Part shown: in pieces, positions 1 to 8,159 of the stretch
Layout of the letters: each line of letters starts with the position of its first letter
Position numbering within the stretch: the first letter of the stretch is position 1
Virus record (IMG/VR): IMGVR_UViG_3300034127_000002
Location: 1 to 41,503 of that record
Strand: one strand, 5' to 3'
Length of the DNA stretch: 41,503 nt
DNA from: a virus
Taxonomy: Duplodnaviria > Caudoviricetes
The notes under the pieces: generated by a model
What the model saw: only the letters and a program-made list of their open reading frames with translations
Told to the model about the DNA's origin: nothing
Databases searched by the model: none
Position numbers and translations under genes: made by a program

Positions 1-127
1 TCCCGAGCGAGTTCCTTGGGAGGCTGAGGAGGCAAGCCCCGTGTGGTGCTCATCCAAGTGATCGGCAGGTCAACCCTTAGGGCCGAACGCGCCGTACCAA
101 TCTCGATCTCATCACGGCAGTCCTGAG
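1..127. repeat. 127-bp exact terminal overlap (copy 1); circular-assembly artefact
   Basis: Identical to 41377-41503; falls inside an ORF; 127 is a common maximum assembler k-mer. Confidence 0.95.
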
Positions 128-215
128 CCACATGGTAGGCATGGACCCGAACCTCTTCGTGACCCGTCCGGTTCATCACCGGGAAGATCATAGGGCGGTG
201 CATATTGCTGTTCAT
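1..215 (-). CDS. Hypothetical protein, 5' part (105 aa ORF spanning the contig junction; occupies the T7 gene 1.2 position)
   Basis: ATG at 215 overlaps the gp1.1 stop (ATGA); frame MNSNMHRPMIFPVMNRTGHEEV... stays open across the junction. Confidence 0.75.
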   Translation of the reverse strand, partial: MNSNMHRPMIFPVMNRTGHEEVRVHAYHVAQDCRDEIEIGTARSALRVDLPITWMSTTRGLPPQPPKELAR

Positions 216-355
216 TCAGCTTGCTCCAGCTCGACCCACTCAGCACGGCCACCACGGGTGGTCTTATTGTGCTTGCCCTTACGGACCTGAAAGGCCTCTT
301 GGGCTTCGGCGGAACGGCGAGGTTTGTTGCTCTTGATGCGTTGAACGATGTTCAT
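212..355 (-). CDS. gp1.1: gp1.1-like small basic protein (47 aa, not in ORF track)
   Basis: MNIVQRIKSNKPRRSAEAQEAFQVRKGKHNKTTRGGRAEWVELEQAE; KG-x-x-NKT-x-R and late W resemble T7 gp1.1; directly after RNAP; AAGGA upstream. Confidence 0.75.
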   Translation of the reverse strand: MNIVQRIKSNKPRRSAEAQEAFQVRKGKHNKTTRGGRAEWVELEQAE

Positions 356-363
356 GAAGATCC

Positions 364-3027
364 TTAGGCGAATGCGAAGTGCGAGGCGAGGGTGCCCCTG
401 ATGTCCAACGTCCCCTTCTTGGGAATCGGTGGCATCTCTTTGATTTGAGTTTCGTGTAGCTGGTCGATGAACTGTTCACGGAAGTCGCTGAGGATACAGG
501 TCTGGTCGTAGGTCTCCACGAAGGTCTCCCTTACGGCTCTGAACAGTTTCCCAGCGTGGGCCGCGATGGTCCCGAATGAATCATGGATCAGGGCAAAGAA
601 CGTGATCTTGTAGTGATCGTGTCCCCGTACCACTGTCTTGCGGAGGTGTGACCCGTCTTGGCTGTGTACGAAGTTCGGAGAGATCCCCGACTCCTGCTTA
701 CGGGCGTCGATCTTGGCGTCAGCTTTAGGGTTCATGATGACCGTAGCTTGCAGACGCACAGTGCCGAGGAACATGCAGTCGATACGCTTCTTCTCGAAGA
801 CCTTGTATTCCTGCCAGACCGGGAAGCCGTCTGTGGTGATCCAGTAGACCGGCATGGAGGCCTTAAGGACCTCATCAGTCTTCTTACACTTGATCTCCTT
901 GGCGAGCAGCTTAGCGGCCTTCTGGAGCCAGTTCATGGCCTCAACGGCTGCCACTACGACGTTACTCACAGAGTCCCAAATGAGCTTGGCCATGTAGCGA
1001 GCCGAGAGCTGTGGGTCTGGGAAGAACGTGGAGCCTTCGTCCACTGCCGGGGTGATGATGTCGTCGCGCACTTGGTCGGTGAATCCGTATTCCTTCGACC
1101 CGTAGGCCAAGGTCATCACTGATCGTTTCGTAACGCTTCGATCCACTCCGTAACTGAGCCAGCCACTTGCGAGTGCCATGGACCCGAGGACACGTCTTTC
1201 AAGAATTTCTCCAGTATCTGGATTCGTCTTGACTTCAGTTGAGTCAACAGTCCCTCTCTCAAAGTCCTGCTTGAGTCGCAAGTTGACTTCATCGGACACA
1301 AGCTTGTAGATGTCTTGAACGGTTTCGCTCGGCACGAGGTTAACAGCTCGCCCGCCACGCTCATCTCGAAGCATTGCGGAGAAGTGTTGGATTCCTGAAC
1401 AAGAGCCGTCAAAAGCAATTGGCAAACGGGATCGGTGTGCAGCTCCGTCCTTAACAACTCCAGCCCAATCGAAGCAGAAGGCCAAGAAGCAGAAGGGTGA
1501 GTCTGCATCCATCCAGCCAGTGTGGTCGAGAGGAGCCTGTGCGTATCGGAGAATATCCCCTTCATGATCTTTTACCCATTGCTTGCGTTCATTGAACGGG
1601 ACCTTATCGACCCCGAAGGTGTTCGCTCCGTGGATCATCAGCCACTCGATGCCCTCTTCACCTACAGGTTCCGCAATGGAGGCCTGAAGCATCCCCTTGG
1701 TCACATCGTTGCCCTGAGGCGAGAAGGACCCGGCAAGGGCGTACACACGGCCACGCCAGTCGAGGTTGTAAGGGAAGTAGATGGCTTCGTATTCGGAGAA
1801 CTTCTTGGCCGTCTCAATGGTCAGCTCTAAGGCCAACCGGCGACTGATGCGGGCAGACTCGCCACGGTAACTTGCAGCGGCCTGTGTCTTCCATTCCTTG
1901 AGCACCTTAAGGTCCGTGTCGATGTCGGCAGGACGGGGCGGTAACTCAATGACATCCTGAAGAGGCCACTTGGCGATGTTCACTTTGGTCCAATCGAGGA
2001 GCTTAGAGGCTACCTCCATGACTTCCGTGTTGATGGACCATGCGGTGTTCTGGGCAATGTTGACCGCGTTGTAGACCTCGGGCATTGCGACATCCCGATA
2101 CCTCTCAAGAGCAGCCTTTGTGTACGTTCGGATAAACCGGGTCGGTCGTCGCCCACGTCCCCAGTAACCTCCACCTGTGGGGCGGGTCCAAGGTCGTGGA
2201 GGGACAACCATGGGTTGATCGAACGGGGTGGCTCCAGCGAGAGAAAAGGCTCGCTTGGATAGTTGCTCAACCCACTCAGGTCGAAGGTGGACGGTCTCAC
2301 AATCGGTCTTGATGTTCCGAGCGTTCTCCCGTTTGACCTCAACAAGTCCAGTAGACTTAATGAGCACTTCGAGGCACCGCAGACCAATATGATAAAGGAT
2401 GTCTCGTTCATCGTTTGCCCAGTCGGACCATGCACCGTTAAGTTCTCCCGCTTCGAGCATCTTGGACTCTACCGCTTCCATGAAGGTGCGCTTGTAGGTG
2501 TGTCCATTACGCTTGTTGAGTGCCTCGCGAATGTGCTTCTCGAAGTGCTTGGCCTCTTCGTCACGGATGCGACCAAAGCGGGCTTCCTCTTCGATCCGCT
2601 TGCCGATGTTCCCGCAGATGCCCTGTAGGGTGTTCTGACCGGTGCCCCGAGAGAGCTTGTTGAGGATGGTTTTGATGGTGATGACTGCGACCCGATCCGG
2701 TTGGACCTGATGGAAGCAGTGCAACGCTACGTGCTTGCGGCGAACCTTCGTGTTCTGGTGTTCGATCCACTCAGTCAGCTCAGCGGCGAACTTAGGGACC
2801 AGAAGGGGGATCAAGGGTTTCGCCACTGAGGTCTCAGCCATCTCCTCACGTTCTTGCTGTCGTTCCAGTTGCTTGGTGAATCGTGCTTCACCCATTACGT
2901 GGGCTTCGTGTTCCAACTGCAATTGCTGAGCGGCAAGTTCCGGCCCGTAGAGCTTCGACAACGTATCGAACGCCCACGAGGTCTTCACATCCGCAAAGTC
3001 GTGCTTGTCAGCAGCGATCAGGGACAT
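364..3027 (-). CDS. gp1: Single-subunit T7-type DNA-directed RNA polymerase
   Basis: 887 aa; motifs DWRGRVY, FDGSCSGIQH, RSVTKRSVMTLAYGS, PNFVHSQDGSH, IHDSFGT; C-terminal FAFA. Confidence 0.99.
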   Translation of the reverse strand: MSLIAADKHDFADVKTSWAFDTLSKLYGPELAAQQLQLEHEAHVMGEARFTKQLERQQEREEMAETSVAKPLIPLLVPKFAAELTEWIEHQNTKVRRKHVALHCFHQVQPDRVAVITIKTILNKLSRGTGQNTLQGICGNIGKRIEEEARFGRIRDEEAKHFEKHIREALNKRNGHTYKRTFMEAVESKMLEAGELNGAWSDWANDERDILYHIGLRCLEVLIKSTGLVEVKRENARNIKTDCETVHLRPEWVEQLSKRAFSLAGATPFDQPMVVPPRPWTRPTGGGYWGRGRRPTRFIRTYTKAALERYRDVAMPEVYNAVNIAQNTAWSINTEVMEVASKLLDWTKVNIAKWPLQDVIELPPRPADIDTDLKVLKEWKTQAAASYRGESARISRRLALELTIETAKKFSEYEAIYFPYNLDWRGRVYALAGSFSPQGNDVTKGMLQASIAEPVGEEGIEWLMIHGANTFGVDKVPFNERKQWVKDHEGDILRYAQAPLDHTGWMDADSPFCFLAFCFDWAGVVKDGAAHRSRLPIAFDGSCSGIQHFSAMLRDERGGRAVNLVPSETVQDIYKLVSDEVNLRLKQDFERGTVDSTEVKTNPDTGEILERRVLGSMALASGWLSYGVDRSVTKRSVMTLAYGSKEYGFTDQVRDDIITPAVDEGSTFFPDPQLSARYMAKLIWDSVSNVVVAAVEAMNWLQKAAKLLAKEIKCKKTDEVLKASMPVYWITTDGFPVWQEYKVFEKKRIDCMFLGTVRLQATVIMNPKADAKIDARKQESGISPNFVHSQDGSHLRKTVVRGHDHYKITFFALIHDSFGTIAAHAGKLFRAVRETFVETYDQTCILSDFREQFIDQLHETQIKEMPPIPKKGTLDIRGTLASHFAFA

Positions 3028-3118
3028 CGAGTTACCTATAGGTTCTTAAAGAGCTTTAACTTAAAGAGAAGAATATAAAGAGAAACTCTATGAGGACTTA
3101 AAGGGCCTTAAAGGGTCT

Positions 3119-3141
3119 CTCCGTGTATGTGAGGGTTTTTA
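3119..3141 (-). promoter_or_regulatory. Phage RNAP promoter upstream of the RNAP gene
   Basis: TAAAAACCCTCACATACACGGAG; one mismatch to consensus; followed by an AT-rich tract with CTTTAAG repeats. Confidence 0.9.
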
Positions 3142-3417
3142 CAGACTGAGCATCTCGACCCGGCCTATCACGTCCATCATCTTGTAGACGAAAACCTTCT
3201 TTTCTTCGATCAAGTCAGGGTGCTGATTGACCCGTTCCAACCGGTTATCGGCGTGCTGAGTGATGACCAGATGATGTCCTTCAAGGTCCACCTCAAGGGC
3301 GTAAACGTAGAGGCTACAAGGACCCACACCGAGCTTGAACTCGACCTTCTGAGGGGTCGTTGGCTTCAGCTCCACGTTAGGCACATGGGCGATGAACTTC
3401 ACAGACTTGGCGCGCAT
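3139..3417 (-). CDS. Hypothetical early protein (92 aa)
   Basis: TGATG coupling to the upstream ORF; its TAA is the first 3 nt of the promoter. Confidence 0.8.
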   Translation of the reverse strand: MRAKSVKFIAHVPNVELKPTTPQKVEFKLGVGPCSLYVYALEVDLEGHHLVITQHADNRLERVNQHPDLIEEKKVFVYKMMDVIGRVEMLSL

Positions 3418-3866
3418 CAGTAACGACCCCCACGGAAGCAGGCAGTGAAGTCACCGTGCTCAGTCGAGCGGCGGCGCATGTTCTGCAAGCTGGCGATGAT
3501 CTGGCTTTCAGCGATCTTTCTGGCCTCCAGCATCTGCCCACGTATCAGGGTTGCAGAGGAAACATCCCGATTCGCGATGGCCACCATAAGGGCGCTTGAG
3601 AGCGCAATGGATCGCGAGAGCTGTACGGACGCAATCTGGCTTGACAAGCGGCCTACCTTGTTCGGCGAGTAGCTCCCAGTGCGCTTGGTCGAGGTCTTCC
3701 GGTGTGCCTTGTACGCTGGCAACACTGGCGGATAGATCCGGTTGCGCTGGCCCACTATTCGCCCAGTCAAAAGAGACGGGCCAGATGGTGAACCTTCCGA
3801 GTTCAGTACGGACATGGCGCGGAGTTCCAGAGCTGCAAAGTCCGTTTTGATTACTGCTTGATTCAT
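3417..3866 (-). CDS. Hypothetical basic early protein (149 aa)
   Basis: ATGA coupling to the oxygenase stop; fits the gene tiling. Confidence 0.75.
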   Translation of the reverse strand: MNQAVIKTDFAALELRAMSVLNSEGSPSGPSLLTGRIVGQRNRIYPPVLPAYKAHRKTSTKRTGSYSPNKVGRLSSQIASVQLSRSIALSSALMVAIANRDVSSATLIRGQMLEARKIAESQIIASLQNMRRRSTEHGDFTACFRGGRY

Positions 3867-4594
3867 GCGAAAGAGCCTTCAATTTGATACCAATGAACGA
3901 GGAGGTTGCGAGTCCCTTCCGTGACCGGGAGACCCATGTGTTGGTTGGTGCGCCCCAGAAAGAACATGGCGTGTCCTTTGGGCAACTGAGGGACCGTTAC
4001 GGGCTCAGCGAAGGGGCCTTGGTAGACCGTAGTGCCACCACCTACATGCTCATCCGTCAGGGCCACCACAAGGGTCACATCAGAGTCCCTATCGGTGTGC
4101 CAGCAGCCGTGTGGCGTGTTGTCGATGGTGTATTGCGCTGCCTGAATCGACGCACAGTAGACTGCATCGAGGCCGAACAAGATCTTGCAGAGGTTGAGTC
4201 CTGCCCCGTGATAGAGAGACCGCAAGGCCTCGAACATGGCCGGTGATCGGTGCTGTAGGACCACCTCAGGAATGCGTGCCTCTTCAGGCTCATCCTCGTT
4301 CACGGCGTAGGCCATACAGTTCAGCTCATCCATCAAGGAGTCGCAGAAGTCCGGGTGCAGGTATTTGATGCTGTACACGTTGGGACCGTGGCGACGGACG
4401 ATCTGGCCCAAGGCCTTCGCCCAGTCACTGCCAGCGGCGTAGTCGGACGGCTTGAGACCACCGTTCTCCTCAGCGTACTCAGCCATCTCCTCAAGGACCA
4501 CGTACCAGTCCTGAATGGGTTGGCTGAGCTTGTCGATGCTTGGGATGCCCATACGGACATCGTTCACGATGAAGCCGGGTTCTTTCAGGCTCAT
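3863..4594 (-). CDS. 2OG-Fe(II) dioxygenase (prolyl/lysyl-hydroxylase-like)
   Basis: HxD (WHTDRDSDVTLVVAL), GGGT, distal His (NQHMGLPV) and 2OG-binding Arg (EGTRNLLV); GGGAGG RBS. Confidence 0.9.
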   Translation of the reverse strand: MSLKEPGFIVNDVRMGIPSIDKLSQPIQDWYVVLEEMAEYAEENGGLKPSDYAAGSDWAKALGQIVRRHGPNVYSIKYLHPDFCDSLMDELNCMAYAVNEDEPEEARIPEVVLQHRSPAMFEALRSLYHGAGLNLCKILFGLDAVYCASIQAAQYTIDNTPHGCWHTDRDSDVTLVVALTDEHVGGGTTVYQGPFAEPVTVPQLPKGHAMFFLGRTNQHMGLPVTEGTRNLLVHWYQIEGSFA

Positions 4595-5124
4595 GCAGTC
4601 AGAGCCTCCCGGTAGGTGATCGCGGCGTACACTTCAGGGGTCTGACGGACCAGCTTGTACACCCCAGAGTCCTCCATGAAGACCCAGAGGTCCTTACGGC
4701 CCCACCACGTCCGCTTGACGACCCCAGCGACCTTACGGTTACCCAACAGGGTGAACATCTCTTTGCAACCCAAGGAGAGGGCCGCTGAGAGCTTCTGAGC
4801 GTTCTTCGCTAAGGTCACCAAAGGGTGCTCCTTGCGTTCGTACAGCTTGACCAGCAGCTTGGTGAACGCCCGGTCTTGCTCAGGAGCCCAGTCGAACATG
4901 GCCCGCATGATGATTGACCCGAGGTCTTGCGCCGACCCACCGAAGAACTGGAAGTGGTAGCCGGTCTCATCCTTCACGATGTTGACACGCATGAAGCGCT
5001 GGCCCTTGCGGTTCTCGATGTATGCCGCATAGCCGGTCTGCATGGTCTCTTCCATGGCCTTGAGGATCTTGGCTGCCGCCGTGGAGCTGGTGAAGTTGGT
5101 GTAGTTGAACTTAAGCACTTGCAT
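4591..5124 (-). CDS. Hypothetical early protein (177 aa; start revised to MQVLKF)
   Basis: ATG at 5124 in a TAATG overlap with AGGGA upstream; the longer track version overlaps upstream genes. Confidence 0.75.
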   Translation of the reverse strand: MQVLKFNYTNFTSSTAAAKILKAMEETMQTGYAAYIENRKGQRFMRVNIVKDETGYHFQFFGGSAQDLGSIIMRAMFDWAPEQDRAFTKLLVKLYERKEHPLVTLAKNAQKLSAALSLGCKEMFTLLGNRKVAGVVKRTWWGRKDLWVFMEDSGVYKLVRQTPEVYAAITYREALTA

Positions 5125-5204
5125 TATTCCCTGTTGAAATACCAGATGGCTCCGAGGCCACCGATGAGGTGAATTGTGAAGAGGATGAGCTTGATCTCTA
5201 CCAC
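5124..5204 (-). CDS. Small hydrophobic peptide (26 aa, not in track)
   Basis: GTG start, MVEIKLILFTIHLIGGLGAIWYFNRE; fills the gap and is TAATG-coupled to the next gene; weak RBS. Confidence 0.45.
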   Translation of the reverse strand: MVEIKLILFTIHLIGGLGAIWYFNRE

Positions 5205-5431
5205 CAGCTAAGGGACCACCATGCACCGAGCAGAGCCAGCGCGACGTTGAAGGCCAGATAGGGCCACCAGAGGGTCGTAGTGATCGCCACACGGGTCTGA
5301 TACACCGAGGCACCGACAAGCCGTGCAGTGATCCCGATGAGGAACGACACGATGCTGATGATGGGGATGAACCAGAGGATGGCGGTGAAACAGAGCATTG
5401 CGAGGTAGAGCGGGGCGGGGCCGTGGTTCAT
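5198..5431 (-). CDS. Small membrane protein (77 aa)
   Basis: AAGGAG RBS; two long hydrophobic segments. Confidence 0.8.
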   Translation of the reverse strand: MNHGPAPLYLAMLCFTAILWFIPIISIVSFLIGITARLVGASVYQTRVAITTTLWWPYLAFNVALALLGAWWSLSWW

Positions 5432-5446
5432 GTTGCGTCTCCTTGT

Positions 5447-5493
5447 TAGACCAGCGTGGAGCCCTCAGACCTCAAAGGCTCCCTACTGGACTA
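5447..5493 (-). other. Intergenic stem-loop, probable RNase III site
   Basis: TAGTCCAG-TA-GGGAGCCTT...GAGGGCTCC-ACG-CTGGTCTA; long stem with internal loop between early genes, as in T7. Confidence 0.6.
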
Positions 5494-5829
5494 ACGAGGA
5501 GTGACAGGAGCCCGCTGAATGCGAGTCGCGGTGTCATTGTCGCTGTCCACTTGCAGCGTGGCGTGTGGGGCCACCACGACGTTTACAGAGCAGCCCGAGG
5601 TGAGCAACGCACAGGCAGCCAGAGCGATGGCGCAGACGAAACCGGTGGTGATCTTCAGGGCCAGCTTTAGGGTCTTATTCATGGTTTTAGCTTCCTTACG
5701 TGGTTGAGGTTGTGAGGCATTGAACAGGCGACCACCGGGACCAACATAGTTGGCGCTGGGGTCTACCCGGTGGGCATCCATTACGTCCCTGAACGTGAAG
5801 TTCGGGATTGGCTTGCGGGGCTTACTCAT
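5491..5829 (-). CDS. Early ORF with internal start at 5682 encoding a predicted 63-aa lipoprotein
   Basis: MSKPRK start at 5829; in-frame MNKTLK at 5682 with AAGGAAG RBS, basic n-region, hydrophobic h-region and lipobox LTSG-C. Confidence 0.65.
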   Translation of the reverse strand: MSKPRKPIPNFTFRDVMDAHRVDPSANYVGPGGRLFNASQPQPRKEAKTMNKTLKLALKITTGFVCAIALAACALLTSGCSVNVVVAPHATLQVDSDNDTATRIQRAPVTPR

Positions 5830-6142
5830 CGGAGCCCTTAAGCAGTTCAGTGAACTCCTCGTCAGTGGTGCCCACGATGGTGACCGTTTCGGAGACCCCA
5901 AGGATCGCGTCCTTGTTGTCGCTGTATTCTTGCAGGGCTGCCCACCATTCCATTTTCGAGGAGAGGACGCCCGTTTCGGAATCGTAGAGGTGGAACTGCC
6001 CGACCTTACCAGCCCGCTTGAGCAGGTTGAAGGTCTGGACGTTCTGGATTACCACGTACTTCCGCGTCCCGATCTTCACGGTTGGCGTGACGGTCTTGAG
6101 AGAGCGTTTACGAGGCAATGCTGGGATGTTGGTGGTAGACAT
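5822..6142 (-). CDS. Hypothetical early protein (106 aa)
   Basis: TAAGGA RBS; fits the gene tiling. Confidence 0.8.
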   Translation of the reverse strand: MSTTNIPALPRKRSLKTVTPTVKIGTRKYVVIQNVQTFNLLKRAGKVGQFHLYDSETGVLSSKMEWWAALQEYSDNKDAILGVSETVTIVGTTDEEFTELLKGSDE

Positions 6143-6214
6143 GAAGATCCTTAATGTGCAGCGTTACAGGTCGAAAGTGACCAGCGGAGAGCCCTGTTAT
6201 AGGCCCTCGACTTG

Positions 6215-6727
6215 TTACTCTTGAGCCTTGATGGCGTCTATCTGGTCCTGTATGGCCTGCCGCTTGGTGTTGCCACAGGTGTTGCGCTTCTGCTCCTCCA
6301 GCTCAGCCACACGGTTGCCTGTTACCCATGCCCCGAAGGCCTCAGCACACGCCCCGTTGTCATCAGTCAGGTACGTGATGGCCCTGCCCCAAGGGCGACA
6401 ATGAGGGTTGCCGTTGTTCTCACCCTTGGAGATGGCCAAGCGCGCCTCAAAGACCGCAATCATGGCCTTTTCGTACTCCTTCGGGATGAAGGTGAACACA
6501 TTGTCACCGTTGGGCAACTGACCTTGACACAGCGACGTGTACAGGTTGTTCGGTGTGCTGACCCAACCCATCTTGACGCACAGGGCCTCAGCGGCTGCCC
6601 GGTGGTTCCCATCCGAGTCCTTAGCGTTGTCGTAGGACAGCGTTACAGACCCAGCGGCTGCCGTAGCCTTGATGCGAGAGCCCTTCACGTTGCCGGGGCC
6701 GAAGTATTTAGTGATGATTGCTTGCAT
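6215..6727 (-). CDS. Hypothetical early protein (170 aa)
   Basis: AAGGAA RBS; N-terminus QAIITKYFGPGNVKGSRIKAT resembles a recurring phage hypothetical domain (recalled, not searched). Confidence 0.85.
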   Translation of the reverse strand: MQAIITKYFGPGNVKGSRIKATAAAGSVTLSYDNAKDSDGNHRAAAEALCVKMGWVSTPNNLYTSLCQGQLPNGDNVFTFIPKEYEKAMIAVFEARLAISKGENNGNPHCRPWGRAITYLTDDNGACAEAFGAWVTGNRVAELEEQKRNTCGNTKRQAIQDQIDAIKAQE

Positions 6728-6739
6728 TGTGATGTTCCT

Positions 6740-6997
6740 TTATGCAGTGGGGTTGCGTTTGTCGAAGTCATGAGCCCGTTGAATGGCCTCAAGCTCCTTG
6801 AGTTCAGCTTGCAGCACAGCGATCTTCATGATGCGCTGATGGGTCAGGGTGCGGTCCACACGGTCCTTCAAGGACTCGTAATGGCGGCTGTTGCGGTCGC
6901 CCTCAAAGGTCGCCAAGCGATTCTTTGCAACGGTATGTTCCGCCTCAGCCACAACAAGTCTTGCTTGTAAGTCACTGAGTGTGCTGGTGATTTGCAT
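6740..6997 (-). CDS. Hypothetical coiled-coil early protein (85 aa)
   Basis: ATG MQITST with AAGGTG upstream; helical heptad character. Confidence 0.7.
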   Translation of the reverse strand: MQITSTLSDLQARLVVAEAEHTVAKNRLATFEGDRNSRHYESLKDRVDRTLTHQRIMKIAVLQAELKELEAIQRAHDFDKRNPTA

Positions 6998-7090
6998 TAT
7001 GTGGCACCTTGCTATCAATGTGATCCAATGACCATCGGTCAGGGCCTGTTGTCAAGCCCCTCACGATCAATTATAGTTCACTTCTCAGCT

Positions 7091-7615
7091 TTACTTACTG
7101 TCTCGCTGGTGATACAGGATCGGATATGGACCTTCCGTATGAACCTTAACGCCCTCAATGGTGCCCAGCGTGGTCAAGTTCAGGAGACCGTCCAGCGTGC
7201 CAAGGCGAGTCAGGAGACCAGCAAGGCCACAGGTAGCCAACAGGCCAACCGTGCAATGAGACCCGAGGAGCTTACGAAGCGCTGTGGCCTCCTCAAGGGA
7301 CAACTTAAGGGCTGCCTCTTGGTTCTGTTGGCGTTCCTTGACGCACTGGCCACACAGGATGATCCAGTCTTTCAGGTCCTTTAGGGAACCTTTGTGGACA
7401 ATGCTGGTCGTAGCTTCATAGACCCAGAAGTTGCCGTGCCAATCACCCCAGCGGCCTACGATGTAGTTGCCACTGATGTGTTCAATCTTCACGAAGTTGG
7501 AGCCCTTGCTGCGCCCGTTCAGGATGGCCTGACGTGCAATCGCCATCAGGTCAGCGTCACCATCAGGAGCGTCCAACAGGAGCAGGTCGGTTGCTTTAAG
7601 ATCAGACAGTTTCAT
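7091..7615 (-). CDS. First early gene, hypothetical (174 aa)
   Basis: ATG MKLSDLK just after the leader hairpin; not acidic like Ocr. Confidence 0.7.
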   Translation of the reverse strand: MKLSDLKATDLLLLDAPDGDADLMAIARQAILNGRSKGSNFVKIEHISGNYIVGRWGDWHGNFWVYEATTSIVHKGSLKDLKDWIILCGQCVKERQQNQEAALKLSLEEATALRKLLGSHCTVGLLATCGLAGLLTRLGTLDGLLNLTTLGTIEGVKVHTEGPYPILYHQRDSK

Positions 7616-7644
7616 GTGCTTACACTCTATGTGGTTGAGTATCA

Positions 7645-7679
7645 GCACAACACTCTCTTGCTTATCCAGAGTGCTGTAC
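7645..7679 (-). other. Leader stem-loop, probable RNase III site (R0.3 analogue)
   Basis: GTACAGCACTCT / AGAGTGTTGTGC inverted repeat before the first gene. Confidence 0.55.
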
Positions 7680-7775
7680 TAAAGTCATCCAACAGGAGGC
7701 CCTCACGGCCTGCTATGTGAGTGATTAGTGTGTAGGTCATGCCCATTTGTATGAGGGCAGACGTACTGTGTCGAG

Positions 7776-7788
7776 TTGTTAAAGAGCG
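7776..7788 (-). promoter_or_regulatory. boxA antitermination element
   Basis: CGCTCTTTAACAA matches boxA (GCTCTTTAACA), downstream of the host promoters as in T7. Confidence 0.75.
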
Positions 7789-7819
7789 GGTTACTACGTG
7801 TGCTGCATTTGTGTTGGGC

Positions 7820-7848
7820 ATACTATCCGGTGTTGCGTACTGTGTCAA
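7820..7848 (-). promoter_or_regulatory. Host sigma70 early promoter (A2-like)
   Basis: TTGACA-17nt-TAGTAT. Confidence 0.75.
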
Positions 7849-7998
7849 GGCTTAAAGCTTGCTGCCTGCCGGTCTTATGCTTGCTCGTTAGGTCTCCCTA
7901 TTGTGTCACCCAGTGGACCAGCCCGACCCGAGGGTCACCACCTGCAAGATCGTTGGGAGACCTCGCCGTCAACTCCGTGTTGGCCGTTGATGGGACGA

Positions 7999-8027
7999 AC
8001 TATATCGAGACCCTAACGACCCGTCAA
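7999..8027 (-). promoter_or_regulatory. Host sigma70 early promoter (A1-like) with AT-rich UP element
   Basis: TTGACG-17nt-TATAGT; upstream ATTATTTTCATATTT. Confidence 0.8.
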
Positions 8028-8159
8028 CCCCTATTTGATGGAAATATGAAAATAATCATCATTGGTGTAATCCCTCTATATAGCGCCCGAGACTGACTCA
8101 CTGTGTAGGCCTGAAATAGCCTGTCGTGTCCATATAGGCGCCTTGGTGTCCTCCTGTGG

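Noticed and set aside
3863-4594. DNA hypermodification system (TET/JBP-like)
   Set aside because: Motifs look prolyl/lysyl-hydroxylase-like; no partner methylase or transferase; apparent restriction-site avoidance suggests unmodified DNA
7000-7080. Extra sigma70 promoter from TTGACA at about 7049-7054 and a nearby TATAAT
   Set aside because: The TATAAT lies upstream of the TTGACA, and the correctly spaced -10 (GTCATT) is poor
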